Assembly: GCA_964639285.1 (NCBI GenBank)
Contig: CAZXCI010000003.1
Coordinates: forward strand, 31,187-95,186
DNA length: 64,000 nucleotides
Direction of reading: 5' to 3'
From: an uncultured Candidatus Saccharibacteria bacterium
Lineage (GTDB): Bacteria; Patescibacteriota; Minisyncoccia; Phycocordibacterales; XYD1-FULL-46-19
The position numbers and the translations under genes are program-made. Under the pieces are notes generated by a model, which did not search any database, was not told the DNA's origin, and saw nothing but the letters and a program-made list of their open reading frames with translations. Position 1 is the stretch's first letter, and each line of letters opens with the position of its first letter. Shown here piece by piece: positions 44,473-53,998 of the stretch.

Positions 44473-45519
44473 GTGAAAAAGATCTGGATAGTCCCACTTT
44501 TTTTGTCTTTATTGCTAGTGGCGCAGACGGCCGAAGGAGGCATTTTCTCCTCTATTGTCGGCTTTTTTAGTCCTTCGGTGAGCAAAGTTAGCGCCAATGT
44601 CCTCCAAGAGGAAAACGAACAAACTGAGACAAATTCTCAAAATATGGACCTCTTAGAACCAGTGCTCGGGGAAACTTCGACGAGTTCCCCTCGTGACGAT
44701 GCAGAGATGTCCATTGTCAGTGGTGGTGCCGTTCTCCCTGAATCTGGGCCTTTAGGGACGATGGCTGATATTAAGGATACTCCAATGCCCTCAGATCTTA
44801 TTAGTGTCTATATTGTCCGTCCTGGAGACACCATTGGGACAATCGCTAAGATGTATAATGTCTCAGTCAATACTATTCGTTGGACTAACGAGCTTAAGAA
44901 AAGTGATGTTATTAAGCCAGGGGACAGCCTTATCATTCTTCCGATTACAGGTATCCAACACACAGTCAAGAAGGGTGATACAATTAAGAGCTTGGCCAAA
45001 AAATATGGGGGGAATTTTGAAGAAATTCTTGCTTATAATGATCTTGACCCCGCCAAGGGCTTGGTGGTTGGCGATACTATTATTATTCCTGACGGGGAGG
45101 AAAGTACGATCATCTCTTCGACTAAACCAGTGGCAAAGTCCCCATCTAAGTACAGTGGTCCAAGTTCCTCTGGTTACTTTATGAAGCCAGTTACTAATTA
45201 TCGCCGAACTCAAGGTCTCCATGGTTATCTTCACAATGCTATTGATATGGCCGCGTCTCTTGGCACCCCTATTTATGCGGCCGCTGAGGGTAAAGTTATC
45301 ATTGCTAAAGGTAGCGGTTGGAATAGTGGCTATGGTAATTATGTTGTTATCTCGCACCCTAACGGCACTCAGACTCTCTATGCTCATCTGAGTAAGTTAA
45401 ATGTCAGTGTTGGTCAACGCGTCGACAAGGGTGATAATATCGGAGGCATGGGTAGTACGGGCAAATCAACTGGTTCTCACCTTCACTTCGAGATTCGTGG
45501 CGCTTCGAATCCTTTCTGA
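44473..45519 (+). CDS. Secreted peptidoglycan endopeptidase: two LysM domains plus a C-terminal M23 (LytM) metallopeptidase domain
   Basis: Signal peptide; LysM repeats (YIVRPGDTIGTIAKMYNVSVNTIRWTN; HTVKKGDTIKSLAKKYGGNFEEILAYN); M23 motifs HNAIDMAA...YGNYVVISHPNGTQTLYAHL...GSTGKSTGSHLHFEI. Confidence 0.8.
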   Translation: MKKIWIVPLFLSLLLVAQTAEGGIFSSIVGFFSPSVSKVSANVLQEENEQTETNSQNMDLLEPVLGETSTSSPRDDAEMSIVSGGAVLPESGPLGTMADIKDTPMPSDLISVYIVRPGDTIGTIAKMYNVSVNTIRWTNELKKSDVIKPGDSLIILPITGIQHTVKKGDTIKSLAKKYGGNFEEILAYNDLDPAKGLVVGDTIIIPDGEESTIISSTKPVAKSPSKYSGPSSSGYFMKPVTNYRRTQGLHGYLHNAIDMAASLGTPIYAAAEGKVIIAKGSGWNSGYGNYVVISHPNGTQTLYAHLSKLNVSVGQRVDKGDNIGGMGSTGKSTGSHLHFEIRGASNPF

Positions 45520-45543
45520 GCCAGTATTTAGGAGTTAGCATTT

Positions 45544-47079
45544 TTACTCAAAAATATTTTTAGGTCTGTATTGTAAAGCTTCAAGCAGATGTTGATCTTG
45601 GATGTTGTCAGAATTATCGAGATCAGCAATGGTGCGGGCCAGTTTAATTATGCGATGGTAGGCGCGGGCTGACAAATTTAATCTTTTGGCCGAGTCGTTG
45701 AGAAGTTTTGTTGCGGAGTCAGAGAGTGGGGCATATTTTTTAATCTCTTTAACACCCATCTCTCCATTGGTATTAACGGTTTTAATTCCGGCAAAACGTT
45801 TGGCCTGTTGTTCTCGGGCGAAAAGTACCCTCTCGCGAATTTTTTGCGATGATTCCCCGCTTGGTTTATCACTTGATAATTCTTCGTGTTTGACCTGGGG
45901 CACATCGAGCCAAATATCAATGCGGTCGATAATCGGCCCCGAAACTTTGCGACTATATTTCTGGATTTGGGATTGTGTGCAGGTGCAATCTTTAATCCGC
46001 GAACCCTTGAAACCGCAAGGGCAAGGATTAAGGGCAGCGACTAAGATAAAGCTGGCGGGGAAATTGATAGATCCACGAGCGCGAGCAACGCTTATCACTT
46101 TGTCTTCGAGTGGCTGGCGAAGAGATTCAATCACTTTTTTATCAAATTCGGGGAATTCATCTAAGAAGAGGACCCCACGGTGAGCCATGGTGATCTCGCC
46201 CGGCTTAGGCCAAGCTCCGCCGCCAACCAGAGAAACATAAGATGAAGTATGATGAGGGGAACGGAAGGGTGGATGGGTGACAAGTTCCTCGCTTAAGACT
46301 CCAGAGGCTGAATGAATCCCGGTAACTTCAATAATTTCGTCAATCGAGAGAGGTGGCATAATGGCAGTGAAGGCGCGAGCGAGCATTGTCTTGCCAGTGC
46401 CGGGCGGTCCATACATGGCCACATTGTGGCCACCCGCCGCCGCAATCTCTAATCCCCTTTTGGCAGTGTGTTGACTTCTAATTTCTGAGAAGTCGGAGGC
46501 ATAATCTTTGTCTATAATGATTATTTCTGTCTCTCTGGCTGGGAGGATTTTGGGTTCTTCGACCTTGGGAGATAGGTGGGCGGTAATTTCTTTAAGTGAT
46601 TGACAAGGATAAATAGTAATACCCCTAATCAGGGCCGCTTCCCTGGTATTTTCGGCTGGGAGATAAATTTCCTCGAAGCCTTTTTCTTTAGCTTTTTGGG
46701 TGATGAGAAGGGCACCGGCCACTCCACGTAAACTACCATCGAGAGCTAGTTCCCCAACAAAGAGTTTTTTCTTCGGGTTAAATTTGATCTCCGTGGCTGC
46801 GGACAGATAACCCAAGGCAATGGCTAAATCAAAAGTTGAGCCTTCCTTTCTAAGATTGGCCGGGGCGAGGGAGACGATAACCTTCTTGTTTCCCTTTTGC
46901 GGGGCCTTGAAGCCAGAATTTTTTATGGCTGAGTTGATACGATCCTTTGCTTCGGCGACGGCTTTGTCGGGGAGGCCGACAATGCTGAAGGATTGTAGTC
47001 CCCGATTGATATCAACTTCAACCTCAATAATATCGGTCTTAAGACCGATAATTTGAGCGGAGTTTATCTTTGCAACCAT
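45544..47079 (-). CDS. comM: YifB/ComM family Mg-chelatase-like AAA+ ATPase (competence-associated)
   Basis: N-terminal Lon-like domain (VEVDINRGLQSFSIVGLPD), Walker A MYGPPGTGKTMLA, Walker B VLFLDEFPEF, Cys cluster CPCGFKGSRIKDCTC. Confidence 0.8.
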   Translation of the reverse strand: MVAKINSAQIIGLKTDIIEVEVDINRGLQSFSIVGLPDKAVAEAKDRINSAIKNSGFKAPQKGNKKVIVSLAPANLRKEGSTFDLAIALGYLSAATEIKFNPKKKLFVGELALDGSLRGVAGALLITQKAKEKGFEEIYLPAENTREAALIRGITIYPCQSLKEITAHLSPKVEEPKILPARETEIIIIDKDYASDFSEIRSQHTAKRGLEIAAAGGHNVAMYGPPGTGKTMLARAFTAIMPPLSIDEIIEVTGIHSASGVLSEELVTHPPFRSPHHTSSYVSLVGGGAWPKPGEITMAHRGVLFLDEFPEFDKKVIESLRQPLEDKVISVARARGSINFPASFILVAALNPCPCGFKGSRIKDCTCTQSQIQKYSRKVSGPIIDRIDIWLDVPQVKHEELSSDKPSGESSQKIRERVLFAREQQAKRFAGIKTVNTNGEMGVKEIKKYAPLSDSATKLLNDSAKRLNLSARAYHRIIKLARTIADLDNSDNIQDQHLLEALQYRPKNIFE

Positions 47080-47121
47080 TCGCTAATTATATTACAAAAA
47101 AGCGAAATTTATAAATCAAAA

Positions 47122-47511
47122 TTAGGCGACCGTTCGGATCGAGAGATTATCGTCTTCGTGATCGAGATGTTCCAAGCAGGTTACTGAAGCCACATCAGCA
47201 TTGAGTCTCTTGTCTTCTATTTCTTTTCCGCAGACTTGGCAAATAAAACCGTGCCCTTCCCCCTCTACCCAGGCTATCGTTTTTTCTATCTCTTGGAGTC
47301 GTTCTTGGGCAGTTATGAGTAACTCCTCGTTTCTAACTCGTGATTGTTGGGTGCTAGGAAAATCATCGCCCGATACTGGCTCATCGAAATTTCTTTCTTT
47401 TAGAGTTTTAATTTCTTGGAGAGACTTTTGTTTTTCTCTCTTTAATATCTCCAAGTATCTTTGGGTTTTTCCCTCGAAGCTTTCTTTTTGGGGGAATGAT
47501 TCTGTCGTCAT
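47122..47511 (-). CDS. dksA: DksA/TraR-family C4-type zinc-finger regulator
   Basis: Coiled-coil N-terminus and C-terminal CQVCGKEI...C zinc finger. Confidence 0.65.
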   Translation of the reverse strand: MTTESFPQKESFEGKTQRYLEILKREKQKSLQEIKTLKERNFDEPVSGDDFPSTQQSRVRNEELLITAQERLQEIEKTIAWVEGEGHGFICQVCGKEIEDKRLNADVASVTCLEHLDHEDDNLSIRTVA

Positions 47512-47562
47512 AATGCGCTTATATTAGCATTATGAGGGGTTTTGTCAACGAGGTAAAATCCC

Positions 47563-48816
47563 TTATTTTACAACAGGTTTTGGGGTTAGGAACGAGCTTA
47601 AGATTTTTTCTAGAGTGATTTCGTTTGTCGTTACCGCAATCGTGTTTTTATCTAGCCAGGTATAGGCAGCTAAGGTCATGTTGTCTTGATTGGTGACCAT
47701 GCGAATATCGCGATTTTTAACCATTTTATCTTGGAAAGGGGTGAAGCGAATTCTCGTTTCTGTCTCAGTATCGATAAAGGGTAACAAAAGTTGGCTAATT
47801 ATTCTATTCTCATCATAAAGAAGAGCGTCGGCGGAATTTTTATAATATTTTGTTTTGAAAATATAAAAGGGCTCATCTTGTACCCCCAGTTGGAATCCAA
47901 GCATGAAGTCAGAATCAAGGAAACGTAATAAGTCATTGGTTATCGCAAGGCCGGTACTGGTGGCAAAAAGTTCTGGTCCGGCAATTTTCTTCTCGATGAT
48001 GAGACCTTGGTCGGTGTTTCTTGATTCTTCGTAAATAAAATAGATATCTTTGATTCTCTCTTTGGGCCCTCCTTCGAGGGAGACGGGCACAGTTAATCTG
48101 AGATCTTTAATTTCTTGTCGAACTTGCTCAGGGGTCATACCCTTTAGGTCGATGGCGACATGTTCGTCGGCAAAGATAATTGGATCATGGGTGATTTGGG
48201 TGGGGGCGATACTTTTCTGTGTTCGTTGCCAGGCTGACCAGCTAATAGCAGTTAATCCACTTAGGAAGATAATTAAGCTGAGACTAAAGATTATTGTTTT
48301 TCTCAAGGAAACGGGCTTCTCCGCTTCTTTTTTTTCTTGCTTGTTGGCTTGGGCCAATCTGGCGGCAGTCATTCCTCGATTTTTAATGGCGTCACTTAAG
48401 TCATCGGTCAGGGTATGAACCGAAGAAAGACGACTAAGGGGGGCCCTCTTTATCCCTTCAATTTTTTTCTTTGATTCAAGAATTTGTTTTATTTTCTCTT
48501 GACGAAGTTTTTCTTGAGCGAAATCTTTCTCTCTTTGTTCTCGGCCAATATCTTTTTTCCTTAATTCTTCTTGTGCCTTTCTTTCCTCCTCGAGTTCGGC
48601 CAATTTTTTTTGAGCCTCTAATTTATGGGCGATGGCTCGGTCTTTCTCTTCCTGGATTTTCTTTTGTTCGTCAGAGGCCATAGCCTTAGCCGCCTCAATT
48701 TTTCTTTTCTCAAGGTATTGTTCTTCTTCCTTCCAATTAGCAATATCTCGCTCGCCCGTTAAAGCTAATCGAGCCCGAAGCCTTTTGTCGCTGTCGTTGT
48801 TTTGAGGAATGGCCAT
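47563..48816 (-). CDS. Bitopic membrane protein: roughly 170-aa cytoplasmic E/K/R-rich coiled coil, one TM helix, roughly 220-aa extracytoplasmic domain (hypothetical)
   Basis: TM helix IIFSLSLIIFLSGLTAISW; N-terminal heptad-rich charged segment. Confidence 0.5.
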   Translation of the reverse strand: MAIPQNNDSDKRLRARLALTGERDIANWKEEEQYLEKRKIEAAKAMASDEQKKIQEEKDRAIAHKLEAQKKLAELEEERKAQEELRKKDIGREQREKDFAQEKLRQEKIKQILESKKKIEGIKRAPLSRLSSVHTLTDDLSDAIKNRGMTAARLAQANKQEKKEAEKPVSLRKTIIFSLSLIIFLSGLTAISWSAWQRTQKSIAPTQITHDPIIFADEHVAIDLKGMTPEQVRQEIKDLRLTVPVSLEGGPKERIKDIYFIYEESRNTDQGLIIEKKIAGPELFATSTGLAITNDLLRFLDSDFMLGFQLGVQDEPFYIFKTKYYKNSADALLYDENRIISQLLLPFIDTETETRIRFTPFQDKMVKNRDIRMVTNQDNMTLAAYTWLDKNTIAVTTNEITLEKILSSFLTPKPVVK

Positions 48817-48821
48817 ATTTG

Positions 48822-50132
48822 CTATTTTGCCCAGGGGAAAATCTTTTTGTTCACTCGCGCGAGGTCATCAGAGGTTATCCTATTGTCTTTTTTGGCAGTT
48901 TCAAGATCTCCCCTTAGGGTGCGCAAAGGTTCAAGTTCTCCTTCGGACTCTTTTATCTCATCAATTGTCGAACGATTTTCTCCCATTGTTTGTTTTTCTC
49001 TTTCGGCCTCAGCCTCGGCGTTCTCGCGTTTGATTCGCTCAAGTTCGAGGGCTCGGAGAAGAGCCATTTCTTTTTCTTCAGCTTCGCTTCTTGGCACTTC
49101 TTCCGAAAGAATTGTCTGTTGTTTGGGAAGAGGTTGAACCTTCGGAGTTTGTTGTTCTTTGCTTACTTCTGTCGCTTGTTTTTGGCTATTATCGATAGCT
49201 TCGGCAATTTTCTTTTTTAAATCCTGCTCCTTCTCCTGTTGGGCCATGAGGCGTCGAGTTGTTTCTGTTCTTTGTCGTTCTTCTTCGGCTTTGCGTAAGG
49301 CTTCTAGACGATCCTTTTCGAGGGATTTCATCTGCTCCTCTGTTTGTTTTTGGGCTTCGGTCTGCTTCCTCTCCTCTTCGGCGCGGAGACGATCTTCCTC
49401 TGCTCTCTTGATGTCGAGCAAGCGCTTTCTTTCGATTTCCTCAGCTCTTTTCTTCTCCTCGACTTGCCTCAAGGTGTCTTGTCGGCGTTTTTGCTCATCT
49501 AGTTCATGTTGTTGGCGCAAGACTTCTTGTTGAAGGAGCATTTTCTCGTCAATGGCTTGAATTTTTTGGCGCAGTTTTTCTTCCTGAGTGAGAAGCTCTT
49601 GATATTTTTGTTTCACCTCACTGATTTGTTCGTCGATCTTCTGGATTTTTTCTTCGATTAGCCATTTTTCTTCTTCAGTTTTTTTGCGAGACTCTTGAAC
49701 TTGCCATCGTTTTTGTTCTAATTCTCTTCTCGCTTTTGGTTCGAGGGTCACCTCTTCTTGGCTTTCTATACTTGTCTCTTCGTCCTCGAGTTTGTCCTCT
49801 CTTTCTAAGATGGGCTCAAGTATTTTCTTTAAGCTCCCTCGCTTGTCGTCGAGGTTTACCCAAGTGAGCTCCATTAACTCCTTCTCGTGATCGAGAGAAA
49901 GAAGTAGCTTGTTTAGTTGTTGTTTTTCTTCGCTTGCCTCCTCCTCTTTCTCGGTGGCTTCTCGGCGGATTGTTCGATCAAGGCCCTCCATGGCAATTTT
50001 TGCTCGACGGAGTTTTTCTTCACGACTCTCGCTTTTTTGTTTTGTCTCTGTTGGCTCAGGAACGACGGCCGGATTATCAGAATTATCATCTGTCTGCGAA
50101 ACAGGCGTTGTTTGTTTTACAACATCAACCAT
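48822..50132 (-). CDS. 436-aa E/K/R/Q-rich predicted all-coiled-coil protein (hypothetical)
   Basis: Continuous charged heptad-like sequence (EEKQQLNKLLLSLDHEKELMELT...RQQHELDEQKRRQDTLRQVEEKKRAEEIERKRLLDIKRAEEDRLRAEEERKQTEAQK). Confidence 0.5.
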   Translation of the reverse strand: MVDVVKQTTPVSQTDDNSDNPAVVPEPTETKQKSESREEKLRRAKIAMEGLDRTIRREATEKEEEASEEKQQLNKLLLSLDHEKELMELTWVNLDDKRGSLKKILEPILEREDKLEDEETSIESQEEVTLEPKARRELEQKRWQVQESRKKTEEEKWLIEEKIQKIDEQISEVKQKYQELLTQEEKLRQKIQAIDEKMLLQQEVLRQQHELDEQKRRQDTLRQVEEKKRAEEIERKRLLDIKRAEEDRLRAEEERKQTEAQKQTEEQMKSLEKDRLEALRKAEEERQRTETTRRLMAQQEKEQDLKKKIAEAIDNSQKQATEVSKEQQTPKVQPLPKQQTILSEEVPRSEAEEKEMALLRALELERIKRENAEAEAEREKQTMGENRSTIDEIKESEGELEPLRTLRGDLETAKKDNRITSDDLARVNKKIFPWAK

Positions 50133-50159
50133 TGATTAGTATTATAACCAATTATAGTT

Positions 50160-52313
50160 TTAGTTTCTAGGCGTGAAGCCATTTCGTGGTGGATTAGTCG
50201 CAGGACTTAAGCCTTTGTTCTTGGCCCAATCGGGGTCAGCTTGTTTGATAGAGAGATTGATTCTGTTTTTTTCGTCAATTTCTTTGATGATGACAGGGAC
50301 GATATCGCCAATTTTAACAGCATCGCTTATCTTCTCAATACGGAAAGGAGCAACCTCTGAGACATGGACGAGCCCGTCGGTATCTTTAGCAATTTGGACA
50401 AAGGCGCCGAAGTCCATGAGGCGGACAACCTCTCCTTCGAAACGTTCACCGGCTTTATATTCGTGACACATTGTCTCAATAATCTCTTTGGTCTTATTTG
50501 CTTCCTCGATCTTGCCGGTGATATAGACAGAGCCATCATCTTCAATTTCAATCTCAACAGAATTTTCGGCAGAGATCTTTTGAATCATCTTACCGCCGGG
50601 ACCAATGACTGAACCAATTTTCTCAACCGGGATAGTAATCTTGATAATTTTTGGGGCGGCAGTATTAATTTCTTGTCGGGGCTCAGGGATGGCCTTGGTC
50701 ATGGTCTCGAGAATTTGTTCGCGAGCGATTCGAGCGCGATCGATGGCCTCATCCAAGATTTTAACGGGGATACCGCCCACCTTGATATCAAGCTGGATGC
50801 CAGTGATACCTTCTTTGGTCCCAGCAACTTTGAAATCCATGTCACCATAATGATCTTCAACCCCTTGAATGTCAGTTAATAATTCATAAGTATTATCATC
50901 TTCTGACATTAAGCCAATTGAGATACCAGCCACTGGGTTTTTAATTGGAACGCCTCCATCCATGAGGGCAAGGGTGCTTGCACAAATCGAAGCTTGAGAA
51001 CTTGAACCGTTAGAAGCAAAAACTTCGGAAACTAGGCGGATAGTGTAAGGAAAGATGTCGCGACTGGGAATAACGCCGCGCAGAGATTTTTCGGCAAGAG
51101 CGCCATGGCCAATCGAGCGACGAGAGGGATTGCCGACACGGCCAGTTTCCCCAACCGAGAAGGGTGGGAAATTATAGTGATGCAGGAAGTATTTGGTACT
51201 CTCCCCCTCCATCCCTTCTATGAGTTGGGCATTCTTAGGACCGCTTAAAGTAAGGGTGGTGAGAACGTGGGTGGCTCCTCGGTAGAAGAGGCCGGTACCG
51301 TGAACAATATTAGAGAGGCCTCCTGCTTGAGCAAAGAGAGGGCGAACCTCATCTAGTTTGCGTCCATCAGTACGACGTTTGTTTTTGATTGCTTCTTGGT
51401 GGACAATCCCGTCAATTTTTTCTTCGAAAAACCCAAGCCAAGCGCCGAGATTTGTCTCGGGGAATTGTTCCTTTCTAATTTTGAGCCAATCTTCTTTTAA
51501 ACTGTCAGCCGACTTTTTTCCGATGCCTTCAAAAAGAATGGACTCGATTTGCAGAGCAATTTTGTCAGCAAAAATTTGAGCTGTTTCTTCAGGCAAGGTT
51601 GGTAAATCAAGTTCACGTTTTATCGTTGCCATTTCGCCGATGATTTGATTTTGCCAAGTTTGAATTTTCTCGGCTTCGTTTACAGCGAGCTGGAAGGCCT
51701 CTTTAACCTTAGCTTCAGGAATTTGGGCTCCTTCGGCTTCAATCATGTTAACTTTGCCTTGATTGCTGCAGACGAGAAGATCGAAGACCCCTACTTTTCT
51801 CTCGGCATAGCTTGGGTTGATGATTAAATCTTTGCTCGAATCTAATTGGCCGAGACGAATAGCTGAGACCGGTCCAGCCCAAGGGATGTTCGAAGTAGCT
51901 AGGGCCAAAGAAGCGCCAATGACGGCTGGGACATCGGGGTCGTTCTCTTCGTCTTTAGCTAAGACGGTAATAACAACTTGAACTTCATTTCTAATTGCAC
52001 TGTTGAAGAAGGGTCGGATGGTGCGGTCGATGATACGGCCAGAGAGAACGGCTTCTTCGGAAGGTCGGCCTTCTCGCTTCTGATAACGGCCACCGCCAAT
52101 TACTCCCGCGGCGTAATAACGCTCTTCGTATTCGACAGTGAGAGGGAAATAATCGATATCTTCCTTTTTGTTGTTGCTCATCACGGCGGTCGCTAAGAGC
52201 ATAGTCTCGCCATATTTGATAATAACCGAACCCGTGGCTTGGTCTGCGAGGTCGGTAAACATGGCCGTTAAAGTTCGGCCTCCAACCTCAAGCGAATATT
52301 CCTTTTTTGTCAT
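50160..52313 (-). CDS. pnp: Polyribonucleotide nucleotidyltransferase (PNPase)
   Basis: Two RNase PH domains, KH and S1 C-terminal domains; N-terminal FETG...EVGGRTL pattern; 717 aa. Confidence 0.9.
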   Translation of the reverse strand: MTKKEYSLEVGGRTLTAMFTDLADQATGSVIIKYGETMLLATAVMSNNKKEDIDYFPLTVEYEERYYAAGVIGGGRYQKREGRPSEEAVLSGRIIDRTIRPFFNSAIRNEVQVVITVLAKDEENDPDVPAVIGASLALATSNIPWAGPVSAIRLGQLDSSKDLIINPSYAERKVGVFDLLVCSNQGKVNMIEAEGAQIPEAKVKEAFQLAVNEAEKIQTWQNQIIGEMATIKRELDLPTLPEETAQIFADKIALQIESILFEGIGKKSADSLKEDWLKIRKEQFPETNLGAWLGFFEEKIDGIVHQEAIKNKRRTDGRKLDEVRPLFAQAGGLSNIVHGTGLFYRGATHVLTTLTLSGPKNAQLIEGMEGESTKYFLHHYNFPPFSVGETGRVGNPSRRSIGHGALAEKSLRGVIPSRDIFPYTIRLVSEVFASNGSSSQASICASTLALMDGGVPIKNPVAGISIGLMSEDDNTYELLTDIQGVEDHYGDMDFKVAGTKEGITGIQLDIKVGGIPVKILDEAIDRARIAREQILETMTKAIPEPRQEINTAAPKIIKITIPVEKIGSVIGPGGKMIQKISAENSVEIEIEDDGSVYITGKIEEANKTKEIIETMCHEYKAGERFEGEVVRLMDFGAFVQIAKDTDGLVHVSEVAPFRIEKISDAVKIGDIVPVIIKEIDEKNRINLSIKQADPDWAKNKGLSPATNPPRNGFTPRN

Positions 52314-52422
52314 AATTAACTTGGGAGTGCTGGCCAGATTTTAGATCTGGCTTTTACCAAACCTACATATCTAACCACCACTCAATTTAATTTATTAATT
52401 TACCCCGTAGAGTAAACTTTAC

Positions 52423-52457
52423 CACAAAAAAAACCAGGCCGCCACTTCGTGGCGGCC
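52423..52457 (-). terminator. Intrinsic terminator (GGCCGCCAC-TTCG-GTGGCGGCC followed by an 8-U tract on the minus strand) between the 66-aa ORF and pnp
   Basis: 9-bp GC stem, tetraloop, T8 tail (A8 on the plus strand). Confidence 0.5.
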
Positions 52458-52477
52458 CGAGATGTTTTTGCCCTTCT

Positions 52478-52678
52478 TTATTGCTTTGGGCGAAAGATAA
52501 TAAGAGCCGAGAATCTTGTGTTGCCAGAGTTATCTTTTTCTTGGCCACTCTCCCATTTTACGATCCTAACTTTCGGGTGATCGCGAAACCACTCTTTCAC
52601 TCTGGTGACATAGGCTGAAAATCCTTGCCCCATCACACTGTCTACTGTCGACCCCTCTGTCTCAAATCCTGTCTCCAT
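52478..52678 (-). CDS. Hypothetical 66-aa protein
   Basis: Discrete ORF bracketed by two minus-strand terminators, which argues for independent expression; no family recognised. Confidence 0.35.
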   Translation of the reverse strand: METGFETEGSTVDSVMGQGFSAYVTRVKEWFRDHPKVRIVKWESGQEKDNSGNTRFSALIIFRPKQ

Positions 52679-52697
52679 TGGAAATTCCTTTCCTCAA

Positions 52698-52735
52698 AAA
52701 GAAAAAAACAAAAAGCTCATCGTCCTTAATGAGCT
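52698..52735 (-). terminator. Terminator hairpin (AGCTCAT-CGTCCTTA-ATGAGCT) with a U-rich tail on the minus strand, downstream of the NYN-domain gene
   Basis: 7-bp stem; the plus-strand A-rich tract 52698-52713 equals the minus-strand U-tract. Confidence 0.45.
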
Positions 52736-52762
52736 GTCTGTTTATATAATTACATAACTCCT

Positions 52763-53320
52763 CTATTTAGCAAGCGGGGCGGATTTTTTCTTATAGTCAG
52801 GATTATGTCCCGAACTCATGATCAAGTATTTCTTTGGATTTTCGCAAAGATCTAAGAAGTCATCGGTTGCCTCCTTAAGCTTAGAAGAAGAACTCTTGCC
52901 GAAGGCAACAACTTCAACCTGGGCGCCCATATTTTCCTTAAGATATTGGACAAGAGGGACGAAGTCGCCGTCACCCGAACCGATAATAACGGTGTCGAGT
53001 TTGGGGGCCATCTTAATTGCGTCGACAGCCAGACCGACGTCCCAGTCGGCCTTCTTGGACCCATCAACGAAAATTTGGAGATCTTTGGTCTTAACTTCAA
53101 TCCCAATTTTCCCGAGAGCCTCAATAAAATTCTTTTCATCGCCGGCTTCGGTGGTGACCATATAAGCCAAGGCGCGGATAAGTTGGCGGCCGCCAAGGGC
53201 ATCCTTCAGCACTTGACCGAAATTAACCCTCGCTCCCCCATAGAGATTCTTAGCACTATGATAAAGGTTCTGGGTATCAATAAAGACCCCAACCCTCTGA
53301 TTTTTGTGTTTAATAGACAT
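52763..53320 (-). CDS. NYN/LabA-like domain protein (predicted RNase)
   Basis: VGVFIDTQNLYHSAKNLYGGARVNFGQVL...IRALAYM...VIIGSGDGDFVPLV, the NYN/LabA signature. Confidence 0.7.
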   Translation of the reverse strand: MSIKHKNQRVGVFIDTQNLYHSAKNLYGGARVNFGQVLKDALGGRQLIRALAYMVTTEAGDEKNFIEALGKIGIEVKTKDLQIFVDGSKKADWDVGLAVDAIKMAPKLDTVIIGSGDGDFVPLVQYLKENMGAQVEVVAFGKSSSSKLKEATDDFLDLCENPKKYLIMSSGHNPDYKKKSAPLAK

Positions 53321-53417
53321 AATATATTTATTAAAAAATAGAACTTAATTTATAAAAACAAACGACCTAGGCAAATAATACCACGGCAACAGAGTAAAGA
53401 GAAAAATGATTTAAAAT

Positions 53418-53666
53418 CTAGACAGCAAGCTTGAGCTCTGCCTTCTGCTTCTTGGTGTCGAGATAGCGTTGGTGAGCACGTCGATCGGCTACAAGTTTAA
53501 GTAAACCTCGGCGAGAATGGTAGTCTTTAGGATTTTTCTTCAAATGGTTGGCTAACTCTTCAATACGTTCAGTAATCAAAGCGATCTGGACATCAGCGGA
53601 GCCGGTATCCTTATCGTGTTTAGCCACTTTTTTGATAATTGTCTCTTTCTTTTTTGTTGAAATCAT
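53418..53666 (-). CDS. rpsO: 30S ribosomal protein S15
   Basis: ...[42 protein letters not shown]..., a classic S15; start at the internal Met (the ORF opens at 53687). Confidence 0.85.
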   Translation of the reverse strand: MISTKKKETIIKKVAKHDKDTGSADVQIALITERIEELANHLKKNPKDYHSRRGLLKLVADRRAHQRYLDTKKQKAELKLAV

Positions 53667-53764
53667 GGTGCTATTAGTATAGCACACCCCCTAAAATAAT
53701 GCAAGCCCCTTTTTTGTTTATGAAAAAGGCCAGGGGTTCTGTCGGTAGAACCCCTGGCGTGGGC

Positions 53765-53998
53765 CTAGGCTAAGGTATTGGCAATTGCCTCGGCCGAAAT
53801 TTGGGGCGGAACATTTATCCCCCTTTGTCTGGCTAGGGCAACGAGTGCTAACCTTCCTCCTTCGAAGTTTCTTTTTGCCTCTGCTAGAGCTACGGCTGCC
53901 TTTCGTTGATCAATAGCGAGAAGAGACAAAGTGTCGACTGCTTCTCCTAGGCCGGCACCTCGGCAATCATCGAGGAGTCCTCGTGTGTCGTCTGACAT
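53765..53998 (-). CDS. Hypothetical 77-aa Ala/Arg/Leu-rich protein; its start abuts the stop of the upstream ORF
   Basis: Noticeably higher GC than its surroundings; no family recognised. Confidence 0.35.
   Translation of the reverse strand: MSDDTRGLLDDCRGAGLGEAVDTLSLLAIDQRKAAVALAEAKRNFEGGRLALVALARQRGINVPPQISAEAIANTLA

Noticed and set aside
48802-50170. Numerous antisense and alternative-frame ORFs inside the 436-aa coiled-coil gene
   Set aside because: Expected from translating a repetitive GAA/AAG-rich sequence in other frames; low-complexity S/F/L-rich products.
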